The notes under the pieces: generated by a model | What the model saw: the letters and a program-made list of their open reading frames with translations, nothing else | What the model was told of the DNA's origin: nothing | Databases searched by the model: none | Shown: positions 36,048-43,428 of the stretch, piece by piece | How positions within the stretch are numbered: position 1 is the stretch's first letter | Layout of the letters: every line of letters starts with the position of its first letter | IMG/VR virus record: IMGVR_UViG_3300017766_001361 | Span: 1-43,428 of that record | Length of the DNA stretch: 43,428 nt | From: a virus | Lineage: Duplodnaviria > Caudoviricetes | Reading direction: 5' to 3' (one strand) | Program-made: the position numbers and the translations under genes

Positions 36048-36761
36048 ATGGATAGACCAGACGTATTCATGCCGCTTTATATTGGCGACTACCTCGCGGG
36101 AACCTCTAGGCTGACTACAGAGCTTCATGGTGCATACATGTTGCTGATAATGGACTATTGGATGAATGGCGCTTTGCCTGATGACAACAATGCGTTAGCT
36201 TCAATAGCCCGCATGAATTTGGATGCTTGGAGCATAGCTAGAGCAGTGCTTGAGAAATACTTTAGCATTGCCGATGGGGTTTGGATTCACAAAAGAATTG
36301 AAGAAGAATTGCAAAAAGCTGTTGAAAAGAAGTCAAAAGCCAAAGAAAAGGCAGAAAAAGCAGCTAAAGCAAGATGGGGAAATGCTCCAAGCATACCGCA
36401 AGCAATGCTTAAGGAATGCCCTTCACCTTCACCTTCACCTTCACATAAAGAATTAAAAGATATTGTTCCTACGGAACGCGAAGCTGTGCCAGTTCAAGAA
36501 ATAATTAACTTGTTCAACCAGTCTTTTGAAACTTTGCCAGAAGTAAAAATTCTAAGCGATAAGCGCAGAGCTGCAGTGAGAAAGCGCTGGCTTGAAAACA
36601 AGGGAATGCAAACAGTTGAGAGATGGGGAGAGTTTTTTGAATGGGTAAAAAAATCAGACTTTTTGATGGGTAGGTCTGAAAAGGCGTTTAGCATGACTTT
36701 TGACTGGATGTTCAACGCCACCAACTTTATAAAAATTTACGAAGGGAACTACCACAAATGA
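36048..36761 (+). CDS. replication initiator, DUF1376/YdaU-like N-terminus
   Basis: FMPLYIGDYLAGTSRL...HGAYMLLIM.YW; C-terminal SDFLMG...FDWMF...NF.KI.EGNY; upstream of DnaB; alternative start 36024. Confidence 0.85.
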   Translation: MDRPDVFMPLYIGDYLAGTSRLTTELHGAYMLLIMDYWMNGALPDDNNALASIARMNLDAWSIARAVLEKYFSIADGVWIHKRIEEELQKAVEKKSKAKEKAEKAAKARWGNAPSIPQAMLKECPSPSPSPSHKELKDIVPTEREAVPVQEIINLFNQSFETLPEVKILSDKRRAAVRKRWLENKGMQTVERWGEFFEWVKKSDFLMGRSEKAFSMTFDWMFNATNFIKIYEGNYHK

Positions 36762-38116
36762 GATTTTCGATAGAGGCAGAACAATCAGTCATAGGCGCAT
36801 TGCTGCTAGACCCTGCAAAACTGGATGACGTTTTAGAAATAACCGCCGATGCAGATTTTTACGGTGCAGCTAATCGCGCAATATTTAAAACAATCGTTTC
36901 TGTTTGCCAAGCTGGAAAAGCTGCAGATGTGATAACGGTGGCTGATGCAATGAGTGACGCAGGTACGCTAGATCACGCTGGCGGCGTTGGTTATTTGGTT
37001 GAGATAGCCAATAACACACCAAGCGCCGCGAATGTTAAATCTTACGCCTCAATCGTTGCTGAGAGAGCCATAGAGCGCCGCATAACCGAGGCAGGGCAAC
37101 GAATAGCCGAGATTGGCGATGATGATGCCATTGACGTTGATAGCAAGCTGGATTCGCTTCACGGAGAAATTGCAGGGATAGAGCGCAGGGATAGTGTTGA
37201 GCATATAACTTTTGACCAACTGATTAAATCACGAATTCTCACGCTAGACGGTAAATTCAACGGCACGCACCCTAGAGGCATGGAAACAGGGTTTAAAGCG
37301 CTGGATGAGCGATATGGCGGCATAGGCAATACCGCGCTTTGGGTTTTGGCCGCGCGACCAGCACAAGGGAAAACGGCGCTAGCTATGAATATCGCTTACA
37401 ACATAGCAAGGCAAGGGAAAGAGGTTTTAATTTTTAGCATGGAGATGGGGAAAGAGGAGCTTGGCGACCGACTAATGGCAAGCGCCAGCGGAGTAAACTC
37501 TAAAAAGATTCGCAGCGGAGAGCTAGAGGGTCAAGACTGGAATTCATTGTCCGCAGGCGTTTTGAAGCTTCGGCCGCTAAAAATTCACATTGTTGATATT
37601 CCGGCAATCGATATACACCGAGCCAAGGCCATTGCGCGCAAGTTCAAGCGTCACGGTGAAATAGGGCTAATCGTTATCGACTATCTGCAGCTTATGACTG
37701 ACAGCAAAGCCAAGAGCCGATTCGATGAGGTTTCAAGCGTAAGCCGTGAGCTTAAAGTGTTAGCCAAGATGATAGGGTGCCCAGTGCTTGCCTTATCTCA
37801 GCTTAACCGCAGCGTTGAGACAAGGCCAAACAAGCGCCCACAAATGGCAGACTTGAGGGAGAGTGGCCAGATAGAGCAGGACGCAGACATAATCAGTTTT
37901 ATTTACCGCGATGATTATTACTTACCTGACAGCCCAAACAAAAACACGGCTGAGATAATTACAGCAAAGTTTCGAGAGGGAGAAGTGGGGGTGGATATTT
38001 TAGGAACACAACTGCAGTTCAGCAGATTTATTGACTTCGACCCTTCAAGCTACATTTACAACTGGGAAGATAAAAAAACTAACGGATCAAGAGCTCGTGG
38101 CGGTTTTGATTCTTAA
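36758..38116 (+). CDS. dnaB: replicative DNA helicase, DnaB family
   Basis: EAEQSVIGALL, AARPAQGKT, FSMEM, IVIDYLQLM, LSQLNR, DLRESGQIEQDAD. Confidence 0.97.
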   Translation: MRFSIEAEQSVIGALLLDPAKLDDVLEITADADFYGAANRAIFKTIVSVCQAGKAADVITVADAMSDAGTLDHAGGVGYLVEIANNTPSAANVKSYASIVAERAIERRITEAGQRIAEIGDDDAIDVDSKLDSLHGEIAGIERRDSVEHITFDQLIKSRILTLDGKFNGTHPRGMETGFKALDERYGGIGNTALWVLAARPAQGKTALAMNIAYNIARQGKEVLIFSMEMGKEELGDRLMASASGVNSKKIRSGELEGQDWNSLSAGVLKLRPLKIHIVDIPAIDIHRAKAIARKFKRHGEIGLIVIDYLQLMTDSKAKSRFDEVSSVSRELKVLAKMIGCPVLALSQLNRSVETRPNKRPQMADLRESGQIEQDADIISFIYRDDYYLPDSPNKNTAEIITAKFREGEVGVDILGTQLQFSRFIDFDPSSYIYNWEDKKTNGSRARGGFDS

Positions 38117-38166
38117 CGTTTCACCAATCGCTGCAAGAAGCGGCAAAGACTAAATAGGGGATTAAC

Positions 38167-38403
38167 ATGCAATCAAAAAAAGGAAGCGCCATAGAATCGG
38201 CTATAAATATCGCTATTGGGTTTGGTGTGGCTTTGGGTAGTCAGTTGGTAATATTCCCGCTCTACGGCGTTCATGTACCGATTGAGACTGATTTGGCAAT
38301 AACCTGCTGGTTCACATTAATAAGTTTTGCGCGCAGTTATTTTATTCGCAGGATATTTAATGGTCTAAGCGTAAAGATTTGCAATGATTCTACTAAACAA
38401 TAA
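38167..38403 (+). CDS. small membrane protein typical of phage methylase neighbourhoods
   Basis: MQSKKGSAIES..NIAIGF...FTLISFARSYFIRRIFN. Confidence 0.75.
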   Translation: MQSKKGSAIESAINIAIGFGVALGSQLVIFPLYGVHVPIETDLAITCWFTLISFARSYFIRRIFNGLSVKICNDSTKQ

Positions 38404-38417
38404 GGCGGTAACAGATA

Positions 38418-38630
38418 ATGAAACAACTAAGCACTTTCAGCGATAAGGAGAATTACTGGATTACGTTCATAGGACTTAGAAAGCAAATAGGGATATTGGA
38501 TAAATCACTTGCCATTGAGCTAGGAATAAGCACAAGGGCATTAACTGAGCGAGTATGTGGAAGGGCTGAGATTAAGCGCGAAACATTGCTGGCTATGGAA
38601 TATTTAATATTAAAAAAGGCACAGATATGA
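38418..38630 (+). CDS. small HTH DNA-binding protein
   Basis: LRKQIG....LAIELGISTRAL. Confidence 0.65.
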   Translation: MKQLSTFSDKENYWITFIGLRKQIGILDKSLAIELGISTRALTERVCGRAEIKRETLLAMEYLILKKAQI

Positions 38631-40030
38631 CTTTAACAACTGATATGTTCAAAAATGAAGGCGCTATTGAATTTGAAAATGTTGCTAGCGTGATTGGATC
38701 AGGCTATGAAAATGATGTTGCTGTACTGGCTATCGAAGACAAAATAGCTTACCGCGCAGCCCGTAAAAATATGCAAATACACTCTGCAATTATTTTAAAA
38801 GTGATGGGGGTGGTTTCTGGTTTCTTTACTTATCAAATTAACCATGACGCGCGTGAGTTTTGTTTGTTGCAATCAACTATTCGACCAGAAGTGTTTGATT
38901 TTGATTTGTACAAGGCAATGGTACAAAAGATTATCGAAAACAACACCTACGGCTATCCAATGTTTATTACCACAAACCCAAAAAGTAAATTTGAAACGCC
39001 AAAGTTATTTGAAAGCATTGGGTTTACAACGTACCTAGAAATGTCTGGTTATGCCTACATGGTTTACGGAGATATGGGCGATGCGCGGTTAAAGTATTTG
39101 GCACATATAACAATGTGTAATGTATGGAATTCAATTAGCGGGAAATGGTTAAAGGTTAAGCGCGAATGGAACGAAAAAATTGAAGCTGCTGGCGCTAAGC
39201 ATAATATTCCTAATCCTAAATTTGCCTCGCGTGATGGATGCTGGCAGGGAACAAATGGTTATTCTAATGTAGTTCTTGGGTCTCATGAAATAAATGAAGA
39301 CGGCGAAGTAGTACACAAGGTAGGAAAATCATTCAATGGTAATGCCTCTGTGCTTGACCCTGTCGCATGCGAAGTAATCTTGCGGTTCTTTATGCCTACT
39401 GACGGTAGCTTTGTTTACAACCCGTTTGGCGGCGGCGTACAAATGGGGTTTGTGACTGGAGACTATGGATACAAATATATTTCTAGCGAAATTAGACAAA
39501 ATCAGTGTGATGCTAATAACGCAATATGCCAAGACTTGAAAGGTAGCGCAAAGTGGATTAAAAGCGATAGCTCTGAATACGTGCCAGACGAGCGACCAGA
39601 TTTGGTTTTCACGTGCCCTCCATACTATAAAGTTGAAGAATATCTTGATTATGACGGCAATCCTCCAGAGGGCGAGCTTAACTCATTTCCAACTTATCAA
39701 GAGTTTAGAGATACGCTTTTCAAAGGGTACAAAAAAGCAATTGACGCGCTAAAAGATGATAGTTTTTTTGTTGTGATGACTGGTGATAGTCGTGATAAAA
39801 ATGGCGCTTATTATTGCTGTGAGTCAGAACATGAATTGTTTTTCCGTGACAATGGGTTACACGTTTACAATAAAATTGTTTATTTAGAGTGTGAATTTAC
39901 CCGATTAGCCCATGCAAAAAAGACTTTAAACTATCGCAAGTTTCCAAAGCGTGAACAAAAAATTATTGTCGCTTACAAAGGTGATATGTCAAAGATTAAA
40001 GACCGTTTCCCAACTGTAGGGCGTTTATAA
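38627..40030 (+). CDS. SAM-dependent amino-(N6A/N4C) DNA methyltransferase with GNAT-like N-terminal domain
   Basis: SVLDPVACE, YNPFGGG (motif I), SEIRQNQ, FTCPPYY (motif IV); N-terminal ~140 aa ends in LFESIGF. Confidence 0.8.
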   Translation: MTLTTDMFKNEGAIEFENVASVIGSGYENDVAVLAIEDKIAYRAARKNMQIHSAIILKVMGVVSGFFTYQINHDAREFCLLQSTIRPEVFDFDLYKAMVQKIIENNTYGYPMFITTNPKSKFETPKLFESIGFTTYLEMSGYAYMVYGDMGDARLKYLAHITMCNVWNSISGKWLKVKREWNEKIEAAGAKHNIPNPKFASRDGCWQGTNGYSNVVLGSHEINEDGEVVHKVGKSFNGNASVLDPVACEVILRFFMPTDGSFVYNPFGGGVQMGFVTGDYGYKYISSEIRQNQCDANNAICQDLKGSAKWIKSDSSEYVPDERPDLVFTCPPYYKVEEYLDYDGNPPEGELNSFPTYQEFRDTLFKGYKKAIDALKDDSFFVVMTGDSRDKNGAYYCCESEHELFFRDNGLHVYNKIVYLECEFTRLAHAKKTLNYRKFPKREQKIIVAYKGDMSKIKDRFPTVGRL

Positions 40031-40031
40031 A

Positions 40032-40868
40032 ATGGGTGCTTATGGTCATCAAATAACACTGAGTAAAAACTCTCGTGGCATTTATAGTATTGACCCGATA
40101 ATGGGCTGCGAAAGCGGCCTGTTACGAAATCCTAAAGGCTGTTACGGCGAGTGCTACGCTGCATCATATGCAAAGCGCTACGGGTATGACTTTGGTAAAA
40201 ATGTTAGGCGTTATTTTGATAGTGATAGCCATGCTGCAATGATTCGCAGAAAGATAAACCGTATAGAAATGCCTTTTGTTCGCATGGGCACTAGCGGCGA
40301 TCCTTCTGAGGATTGGGAGCATACTCTTTATGTTTTGAGCAAGCTGTACGGTATAACCAAGGAAGTAGTTATTATTACAAAGCACTGGTACAACTTAACT
40401 GATACGCAGTTGCAAACATTATCGGCGTACAACGTGTGTATAAATACTTCAGTATCAGCCCTTGATTATCCCGACACGTTAGAAAATGCGCTTGAACAAT
40501 ACGAAAGGGTAAAGCCTTATTGTAAAAGCGTTTTGAGGGTAGTTAGTTGTGAGTTTAATTTGGAAAATAAAGAGGCTAAAAGATTAAACGATATACAAGA
40601 AAAACTATTATCGGTTGAGGGTTATATTGATACTGTATTGAGAATATCGAAATCTAATGAGTTGGTATCAAATGGTATAGTAAAAATAAATGACTTGAAG
40701 TTTTTAGGAAAAAAAATTACTGCAAGCAAAAGAAATAAAAGCACTTATTTTGGTAAGTGCGCAAGCTGTAAAGAAATGTGTGGCTTAAATACTGGCGATA
40801 AAATAGAGCACAAGTTTAAGCCGAATCCTAAGCAATATGAACTTATAAAAACAAAAGCCATTCGATAG
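40032..40868 (+). CDS. radical-SAM-like Fe-S protein (SPL/DUF5131-like)
   Basis: DPIMGC..x9..GCYGECYA, VRMGTSGDP, IITKHW, INTSVSALD, C-terminal C..C...C. Confidence 0.7.
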   Translation: MGAYGHQITLSKNSRGIYSIDPIMGCESGLLRNPKGCYGECYAASYAKRYGYDFGKNVRRYFDSDSHAAMIRRKINRIEMPFVRMGTSGDPSEDWEHTLYVLSKLYGITKEVVIITKHWYNLTDTQLQTLSAYNVCINTSVSALDYPDTLENALEQYERVKPYCKSVLRVVSCEFNLENKEAKRLNDIQEKLLSVEGYIDTVLRISKSNELVSNGIVKINDLKFLGKKITASKRNKSTYFGKCASCKEMCGLNTGDKIEHKFKPNPKQYELIKTKAIR

Positions 40869-40927
40869 TAAAGAAATGTTAAACCAAGTTACAAACTATA
40901 AATAAAGAACGATAATAGGAGCTAATC

Positions 40928-41197
40928 ATGTACGTAGATTTAAATACACAGTTCAAAATTAGAAACAAGGTAACAGGCGAGATTAAGACCGCATACCAAG
41001 GCCACAAGTTGTGGTTAATCGTAGATGAGAAAGGGGTTGAGATAATGGCAGATTGGGAAGTATGCGAAGATGTAGGCGTGTTCAAATCAATCACAGCGCT
41101 TTCGTCTATATTTTTTATTGCAGGGTTCATTTACTGGGTTTGTTTTTCTGAGTCGTTTTATTTGCGAGTTTTAAGTTTATGTGATGTTTGTAGTTAA
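40928..41197 (+). CDS. hypothetical protein with C-terminal TM segment
   Basis: AGGAG RBS; stop codon lies in the TAAC core of attC-like site 8. Confidence 0.6.
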   Translation: MYVDLNTQFKIRNKVTGEIKTAYQGHKLWLIVDEKGVEIMADWEVCEDVGVFKSITALSSIFFIAGFIYWVCFSESFYLRVLSLCDVCS

Positions 41198-41275
41198 CGC
41201 CGTTATAAACGGTGCGCAGTACGAAAATTAATAATGCGGTGTTCTATCCGCATCCGTTTGATGACTTTGTTACAC
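41192..41275 (-). repeat. attC-like site 8
   Basis: AGTTAAC-GCCGT-TATAAAC-GG-TGCG ... CGCA-T-CC-GTTTGATG-ACTTT-GTTACAC. Confidence 0.9.
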
Positions 41276-41298
41276 AAAACTAAACTTGGAGATTTACT

Positions 41299-41712
41299 AT
41301 GTTTGCTTTAATTGAAACTAACAACGCCACCCACATTGCTATTAATATTCCGCTTGATGGCGCAGATAAAACCTTACCAGCTCTTGCTGCAATGCTTGAG
41401 AATAACGCTGTATTTATCCGCAAGGACTATTCAAGCTGCCAAAGTGTTACACCAAAAATGAGTTTTATTTTAGGCGATAAAGTTCCTTTTGACACCTACG
41501 AAACGGAACTTGTAATTCAAAAATCAAGTTGCGCAATAGGTGAAGATTTTGTAGTTGAGTCACCCGATGTGATTGTCAGTAACGCAAAAGGTCTAAAAAG
41601 CAAAAGCGAACAAATTACAAAACAGAACACGGAGATTGCATTTTTAAAATCAGAGCTAGAAACACTCAAGGCTAAAATTGCAGAATTAAGCCAAGACACT
41701 GCGCCTGTGTAA
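41299..41712 (+). CDS. cassette 8: hypothetical protein with C-terminal coiled coil
   Basis: GGAG RBS; stop codon in the TAAC core. Confidence 0.75.
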   Translation: MFALIETNNATHIAINIPLDGADKTLPALAAMLENNAVFIRKDYSSCQSVTPKMSFILGDKVPFDTYETELVIQKSSCAIGEDFVVESPDVIVSNAKGLKSKSEQITKQNTEIAFLKSELETLKAKIAELSQDTAPV

Positions 41713-41789
41713 CGCCGTTATAAACGGTGCCAGTACGAAAATTAATAGTGCGGTGTTCTAGCCGCATCCGTTTGATAACCTTGTTAAGT
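41707..41789 (-). repeat. attC-like site 9
   Basis: GTGTAAC-GCCGT-TATAAAC ... GTTTGATA-ACCTT-GTTAAGT; near-identical to site 8. Confidence 0.9.
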
Positions 41790-41802
41790 TTGGTGGCTAC
41801 TT

Positions 41803-42027
41803 GTGAATATGTTTAACGAACACCCTGATTGGGTTGGTATGCCTGAATTTGTGCAGGAAAAGAAATATCCTTACAAAACCCTGATTGTTAGGTTTGAAAC
41901 AGAGCAAGACTATAATGATTTTGCACAATTGATAGGGCAAAAACTAACAAGTAAGACAAAAAGCATATGGCACCCGTTTAAGTCGCATTGTGGATTAGAA
42001 AAAAAGGTGTACAAAAATGCCGACTAG
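41803..42027 (+). CDS. cassette 9: small partner of the glycosyltransferase
   Basis: WVGMPEFVQE...IVRFETEQDY..FAQLIGQKLT.KTKSIWHP; overlaps the next gene. Confidence 0.75.
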   Translation: MNMFNEHPDWVGMPEFVQEKKYPYKTLIVRFETEQDYNDFAQLIGQKLTSKTKSIWHPFKSHCGLEKKVYKNAD

Positions 42028-42871
42028 ATACCCCGTGTATATTGTTTCAAAAGGTAGGTATAAAAACGGACTTACCACAAAAGCGCTTGATGTAATGGGT
42101 GTTAAGCACTTTATAGTTTGTGAAGAATTTGAAGCTGATTTATACCGCGAACACACGAGCGCTGAAATACTGGTTTTACCGCAAGAGTATTTAGATTCTT
42201 ATGATACGTGTGACGATTTTGGAAAAGAAAAAAGCAAAGGCCCAGGGGCTGCTAGGAATTTTTGCATAGACCATAGCGCACAATTCAAGCGCCATTGGGT
42301 TATGGATGATAATTTAGATGCGTTCCATTACCTAAACAGAAACGAAAAATTCGAGGTTGAGTGTGACGGGACGCTGAGGGCCGCTGAAGATTTTGTAGAT
42401 AGGTATTCAAATGTTCCGGTGGCAGGTTTTAATTATTATTCATTCTGCAAAAAGACAGATAAGTTGCCGCCGTTTATTTGTAATACAAGAATATATTCAT
42501 GCCTTCTTATTGAAAATGGCGCTGGCTATAGGTGGCGAGGTAGATACAATGAAGATACAGACCTAAGCTTGCGAATACTAAAAGACGGACTCTGTACAAT
42601 ACAGTTTAATGCGTTTTTGTGCGGGAAGGTTACAACGCAGCGAATGAGCGGCGGTAATACGAAAGAGTTTTATGATGACGAAGGCACATTGCCAAAATCC
42701 GAAATGCTTGCAAAGTTGCACCCAGACGTTGCGAAAGTTGTGTTTAAGTTTGGGCGATGGCACCACCATGTAGATTACAAACCATTCAAAAAAAATAGAC
42801 TTGTTTTGGCGGATAAAGATAAGGTTTATTCTGGTACTGACAACTACGGTATGCGATTGGTTTCAACTTAA
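42017..42871 (+). CDS. cassette 9: GT-A fold glycosyltransferase (TET-associated/GREB1-like)
   Basis: YPVYIVSKGR, GPGAARN, HWVMDDN, RIYSCLLI, WRGRYNEDTDLSLR, TQ...GGN. Confidence 0.75.
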   Translation: MPTRYPVYIVSKGRYKNGLTTKALDVMGVKHFIVCEEFEADLYREHTSAEILVLPQEYLDSYDTCDDFGKEKSKGPGAARNFCIDHSAQFKRHWVMDDNLDAFHYLNRNEKFEVECDGTLRAAEDFVDRYSNVPVAGFNYYSFCKKTDKLPPFICNTRIYSCLLIENGAGYRWRGRYNEDTDLSLRILKDGLCTIQFNAFLCGKVTTQRMSGGNTKEFYDDEGTLPKSEMLAKLHPDVAKVVFKFGRWHHHVDYKPFKKNRLVLADKDKVYSGTDNYGMRLVST

Positions 42872-43029
42872 CAGTTTATTCAACTGGTTGACCCGCGAAA
42901 CTACGACATTTTGACGACAGGCTTCATTGATTTTATTGAAGTTTTTCGGTGTGTTTGTAGTTTTAATGGGTAGGCCGCATTTCCACAAAAATTGAACCAA
43001 AATCGTGCAAAGCACAAAAGAGGTGCAAA
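42866..43029 (-). other. attI-like terminal element, copy B
   Basis: Single core (GTTAAGT on minus strand); homologous to 35233-35396. Confidence 0.65.
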
Positions 43030-43287
43030 TTGACAAATAAACAACTAAAGCCGCGTGATGTATTCGAATGTGAATATATTCACTGGCACATGGCGCAGGA
43101 CGTTTACGCTGATGCAAAGTCAAGCTTGGAGTCATTGCGCAATGGGTTGACGTATGACGATGATGGAGTGCATCGAGCGTTTAATAATTGGATAATGGGG
43201 GTTGATATTTCTCAAGAGCAAGGCAAACACAATAGAATTGGCGACATACACATAGGCGGCGAGATGCTGCCAGAGTTTGAATCATGA
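43030..43287 (+). CDS. hypothetical protein
   Basis: GAGGTG RBS before TTG; ATGA coupling to ninB. Confidence 0.6.
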   Translation: MTNKQLKPRDVFECEYIHWHMAQDVYADAKSSLESLRNGLTYDDDGVHRAFNNWIMGVDISQEQGKHNRIGDIHIGGEMLPEFES

Positions 43288-43428
43288 GCGAGCATGTAAA
43301 AGTAATAGACGGTTTAGTAAGTATCAAACCTGTGCTTGACTGGGCATATCAGCTAATCACTAAGGGGTTGGCTGGGGGAGCTGTAGAAGTTGCAATTAGA
43401 CGGCATGAAGAAGGTCGTAGCAACGAAC
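43284..43428 (+). CDS. ninB: NinB-like protein, 5' part (continues at position 6)
   Basis: MSEHVKVIDG...VEVAIRRHEEGRSNE; open to the window end and in frame with 26-304 across a 5-nt overlap. Confidence 0.8.
   Translation, partial: MSEHVKVIDGLVSIKPVLDWAYQLITKGLAGGAVEVAIRRHEEGRSNE

Larger units (their letters stand above)
41192..43029 (-). mobile_element. integron-like cassette array 2 (2 cassettes, attI-like end)
   Basis: Two near-identical attC-like hairpins; core pairs GTTACACA/TGTGTAAC and GTTAAGTT/AACTTAAC. Confidence 0.85.

Noticed and set aside
40879-41130. Minus-strand ORF opposite 40928-41197
   Set aside because: The plus ORF has an AGGAG RBS and matches operon direction.
1-43428. 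tRNA, rRNA, IS elements, integron integrase
   Set aside because: None recognised by eye. Intergenic space is small and accounted for, and no ORF shows the R-H-x-x-R-Y tyrosine recombinase signature. tRNAscan and HMM searches were not run.

Overview
The window is an apparently complete, circularly permuted ~43.4 kb tailed dsDNA phage genome. The last 5 nt (CGAAC) repeat the first 5 nt, and joining the ends restores an intact NinB-like ORF. It has a podovirus-type (P22-like) morphogenesis block: terS, terL, portal, GroES-like co-chaperonin, scaffold, capsid, adaptor, gp10-like nozzle, fibre and ejection proteins. It also has a lysis block (lysozyme, Rz with embedded Rz1), a leftward ERF/Gp157 recombination arm, and a rightward Cro-like/DUF1376 initiator/DnaB/methylase/nin arm. 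The Gram-negative, probably gammaproteobacterial, host is inferred. No integrase or CI-type repressor is recognisable. The standout feature is two integron-like gene-cassette arrays (about 32384-35396 with 7 cassettes; about 41192-43029 with 2 cassettes). They contain nine attC-like hairpins. In every cassette the GTT core at one end is the exact 8-bp reverse complement of the AAC core at the other end. The attC sites read canonically on the minus strand, while almost all cassette genes are on the plus strand, i.e. inverted relative to normal integrons and co-oriented with the phage early operon. Each array ends on the right in a copy of the same ~160-bp non-attC element, placed where attI should be. 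No IntI is encoded, suggesting the phage borrows a host integron integrase to shuffle accessory genes, including a putative DNA glycosyltransferase module. All protein calls rest on motif recognition and synteny only; no database searches were run.
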